Assembly: GCA_051439505.1 (NCBI GenBank) | Contig: JBFRWI010000135.1 | Location: 1-64,000, forward strand | Length of the DNA: 64,000 bases | Direction of reading: 5' to 3' | From: Hormoscilla sp. | Lineage (GTDB): Bacteria; Cyanobacteriota; Cyanobacteriia; Cyanobacteriales; Desertifilaceae | Part shown: one piece after another, positions 62,367 through 64,000 of the stretch | Layout: each line of letters opens with the position of its first letter | Numbering within the stretch: position 1 is the first letter of the stretch | Program-made: the position numbers and the translations under genes | Notes under the pieces: model-generated | The model's input: the letters and a program-made list of their open reading frames with translations, nothing else | Databases searched by the model: none | What the model was told of the DNA's origin: nothing

Positions 62367-62477
62367 TAAATAATTTTGATAGTGAAGAAGGGGAGATGCC
62401 GCTGCAACTACAAATGAGCCGCACCCGGGTGGGCATTGCCCACCTTACAGCTGACGATTGTTTGGGAAAATATTACC

Positions 62478-63626
62478 GTGAATGAAGAACAACAGCAAAT
62501 AATAGAAAAAACAGACTCTGAGAATGAAGAGCAAAAATTGACGGCAGTAACAGAAAGCAGTTATGCTGAAAAAACAGACCGGATCCGCTCTTGGGTGCAA
62601 CTGATTAAGTCTGTTACCCCGCTAATATGGGCGATCGTAATTTTAGCTGTCCTCTTTCCCCTGCTGGGTCAATTATTTATCTCTCAAGCTTTTCCTCAGC
62701 TCAGAAATGTTCCCGAAAAGACTGAGATTGTGGTTGTGGAAAAGCCTGACTGGAGTCAGGTTGATCGGGCAATAGTCGAGGCCCTGAATGAGGCCCATGC
62801 CAGTGCGGAAAATTATGCCTCGGAACAACTGGATCTCTGGATTGCGGAATTGCTCGATCGGGTGGACAATAACTTTTTAGATTGGTACTTTGGCTACTTG
62901 AACCAGAAGCAAATAGAATTGAAAAGCTTTTTCTGGCAAATATCTTCAGCTGCAGGCCATTTGCTGAACTCAGATAATCCCACTGCCAATGAAAAAGTGG
63001 TCCAAGTGATTACCTCCGATTTCCAGCGCGAATTTGCCAAACGAGTCCTGAGACCAACTATCGCTCAACTGAGACTAGAACGATTAATTCAAGCTACTGT
63101 TAACCTTTACCTGGATGAGTTGAGTGGTAAGATCGAGAAAATTCAAGGAAGTTATAACATTACCCAGGCTGACTGGGATCGATATCTCAGTGATATTGCG
63201 ATCGCGATTAATGATACTGATGGGAAGATCTCTAATCTGTCCCTGAAGGTTTTGGCCGCTGGCGGGGGTTATTTGGCACTCAAGCCTTTAGTTGTTCCGA
63301 TCGCGGCTAAAATTGGCAGTAAAGTGGTGGCGACCATGTCTGGTAAAGCGGGGGGCAAAATTGCTGCGAAAACCGGTACAGCGCTGGCGGGCAAAATCGG
63401 AGCCCAACTGCTAGACCCGATCGTCGGCATTGGCATTATCATTTGGGATGTCTGGGATTATCAGAACACTGTCAAGGTCGATCGACCGATTTTACATGAC
63501 AATATTGCCGATTATTTGCAGGAAGTTAAATATTCTTTGCTCTATAATTCGGAAAATGGGATAATGAGTGCGATCGTGCTTCTGGAGAAGGATCTTTCCA
63601 AATCACTTAGTGCGAAATCATCTTAG
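62478..63626 (+). CDS. Hypothetical membrane-anchored helical protein
   Basis: TM LIWAIVILAVLFPLLG; RVDNNFLDWYFGY; Gly/Ala/Lys-rich segment; LLDPIVGIGIIIWDVWDY. Confidence 0.82.
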   Translation: MNEEQQQIIEKTDSENEEQKLTAVTESSYAEKTDRIRSWVQLIKSVTPLIWAIVILAVLFPLLGQLFISQAFPQLRNVPEKTEIVVVEKPDWSQVDRAIVEALNEAHASAENYASEQLDLWIAELLDRVDNNFLDWYFGYLNQKQIELKSFFWQISSAAGHLLNSDNPTANEKVVQVITSDFQREFAKRVLRPTIAQLRLERLIQATVNLYLDELSGKIEKIQGSYNITQADWDRYLSDIAIAINDTDGKISNLSLKVLAAGGGYLALKPLVVPIAAKIGSKVVATMSGKAGGKIAAKTGTALAGKIGAQLLDPIVGIGIIIWDVWDYQNTVKVDRPILHDNIADYLQEVKYSLLYNSENGIMSAIVLLEKDLSKSLSAKSS

Positions 63627-63671
63627 AAGGTGATTATTTGCATGAGTTGGGACAATATTCTCGCTCCCTCT

Positions 63672-64000
63672 TTAAAGAATCGTCAGATATGTTTGTGTCG
63701 GACTAATGGGTAACGGTTCTAACCTTTGGTTCTTTAAGTCCAGTTCTATTCCTAATGCTTCCAGGGGGATGACACCGAGTAATGGAGAACTCCCACCGGG
63801 GAGTTCTAAACATTCAAATGTCCCTTCTCGTGATAATAAGGAAATCTTCGCATCTTGAAATATCCTGGCTTTACCAATGCCACTTGCCGTTTCCACATCA
63901 ACTTCTTTTAACAATTCCAGTCCTAAAGATGCGATCGCCTCTTTTGGCAAGCACAACGTGGTGGCACCTGTATCCACGAGCACATTCGAGATCGTAATCG
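63672..64000 (-). CDS. Clan AA (retropepsin-like) aspartic protease, 5' end outside window
   Basis: NVLVDTGATTLCLP...LLGVIPLEALG. Confidence 0.88.
   Translation of the reverse strand, partial: ITISNVLVDTGATTLCLPKEAIASLGLELLKEVDVETASGIGKARIFQDAKISLLSREGTFECLELPGGSSPLLGVIPLEALGIELDLKNQRLEPLPISPTQTYLTIL

Overview
A 64-kb chromosomal window from a filamentous (Oscillatoriales-like) cyanobacterium, judged from abundant HIP1 GCGATCGC sites, heptamer STRR repeats and the hmp motility locus. Housekeeping genes include ligA, mnmG, a TolC, a DegT aminotransferase, an ABC1 kinase, an EF-G paralogue, cofH, ccsB, tilS, hmpF plus hmpA-E, and a prolyl oligopeptidase. They are interspersed with accessory DNA. 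The best candidate for an undescribed system is a three-gene cluster (17215-20204): two proteins that appear to be very divergent Ku-like beta-barrel proteins, followed by an ATP-dependent DNA ligase with a C-terminal WGR-like domain. This may be a heterodimeric-Ku end-joining module; the Ku and WGR calls are pattern-based inference. Other notable items: a 150-bp MITE inserted in-frame in an alpha-hydroxy-acid oxidase; a promoter-flanked structured ncRNA candidate (about 62150-62365); a helical protein followed by an 11x21-bp array; a Trypco2 + CHAT-GUN4 pair; two adjacent genes sharing an N-terminal helical domain (NYN nuclease and HpsJ-like); a stand-alone toxin/immunity pair; a 17-bp motif occurring 7 times in the hmp locus; an HPt-less CheA; and several pseudogenes (nonsense-broken kinase, broken TA toxins).
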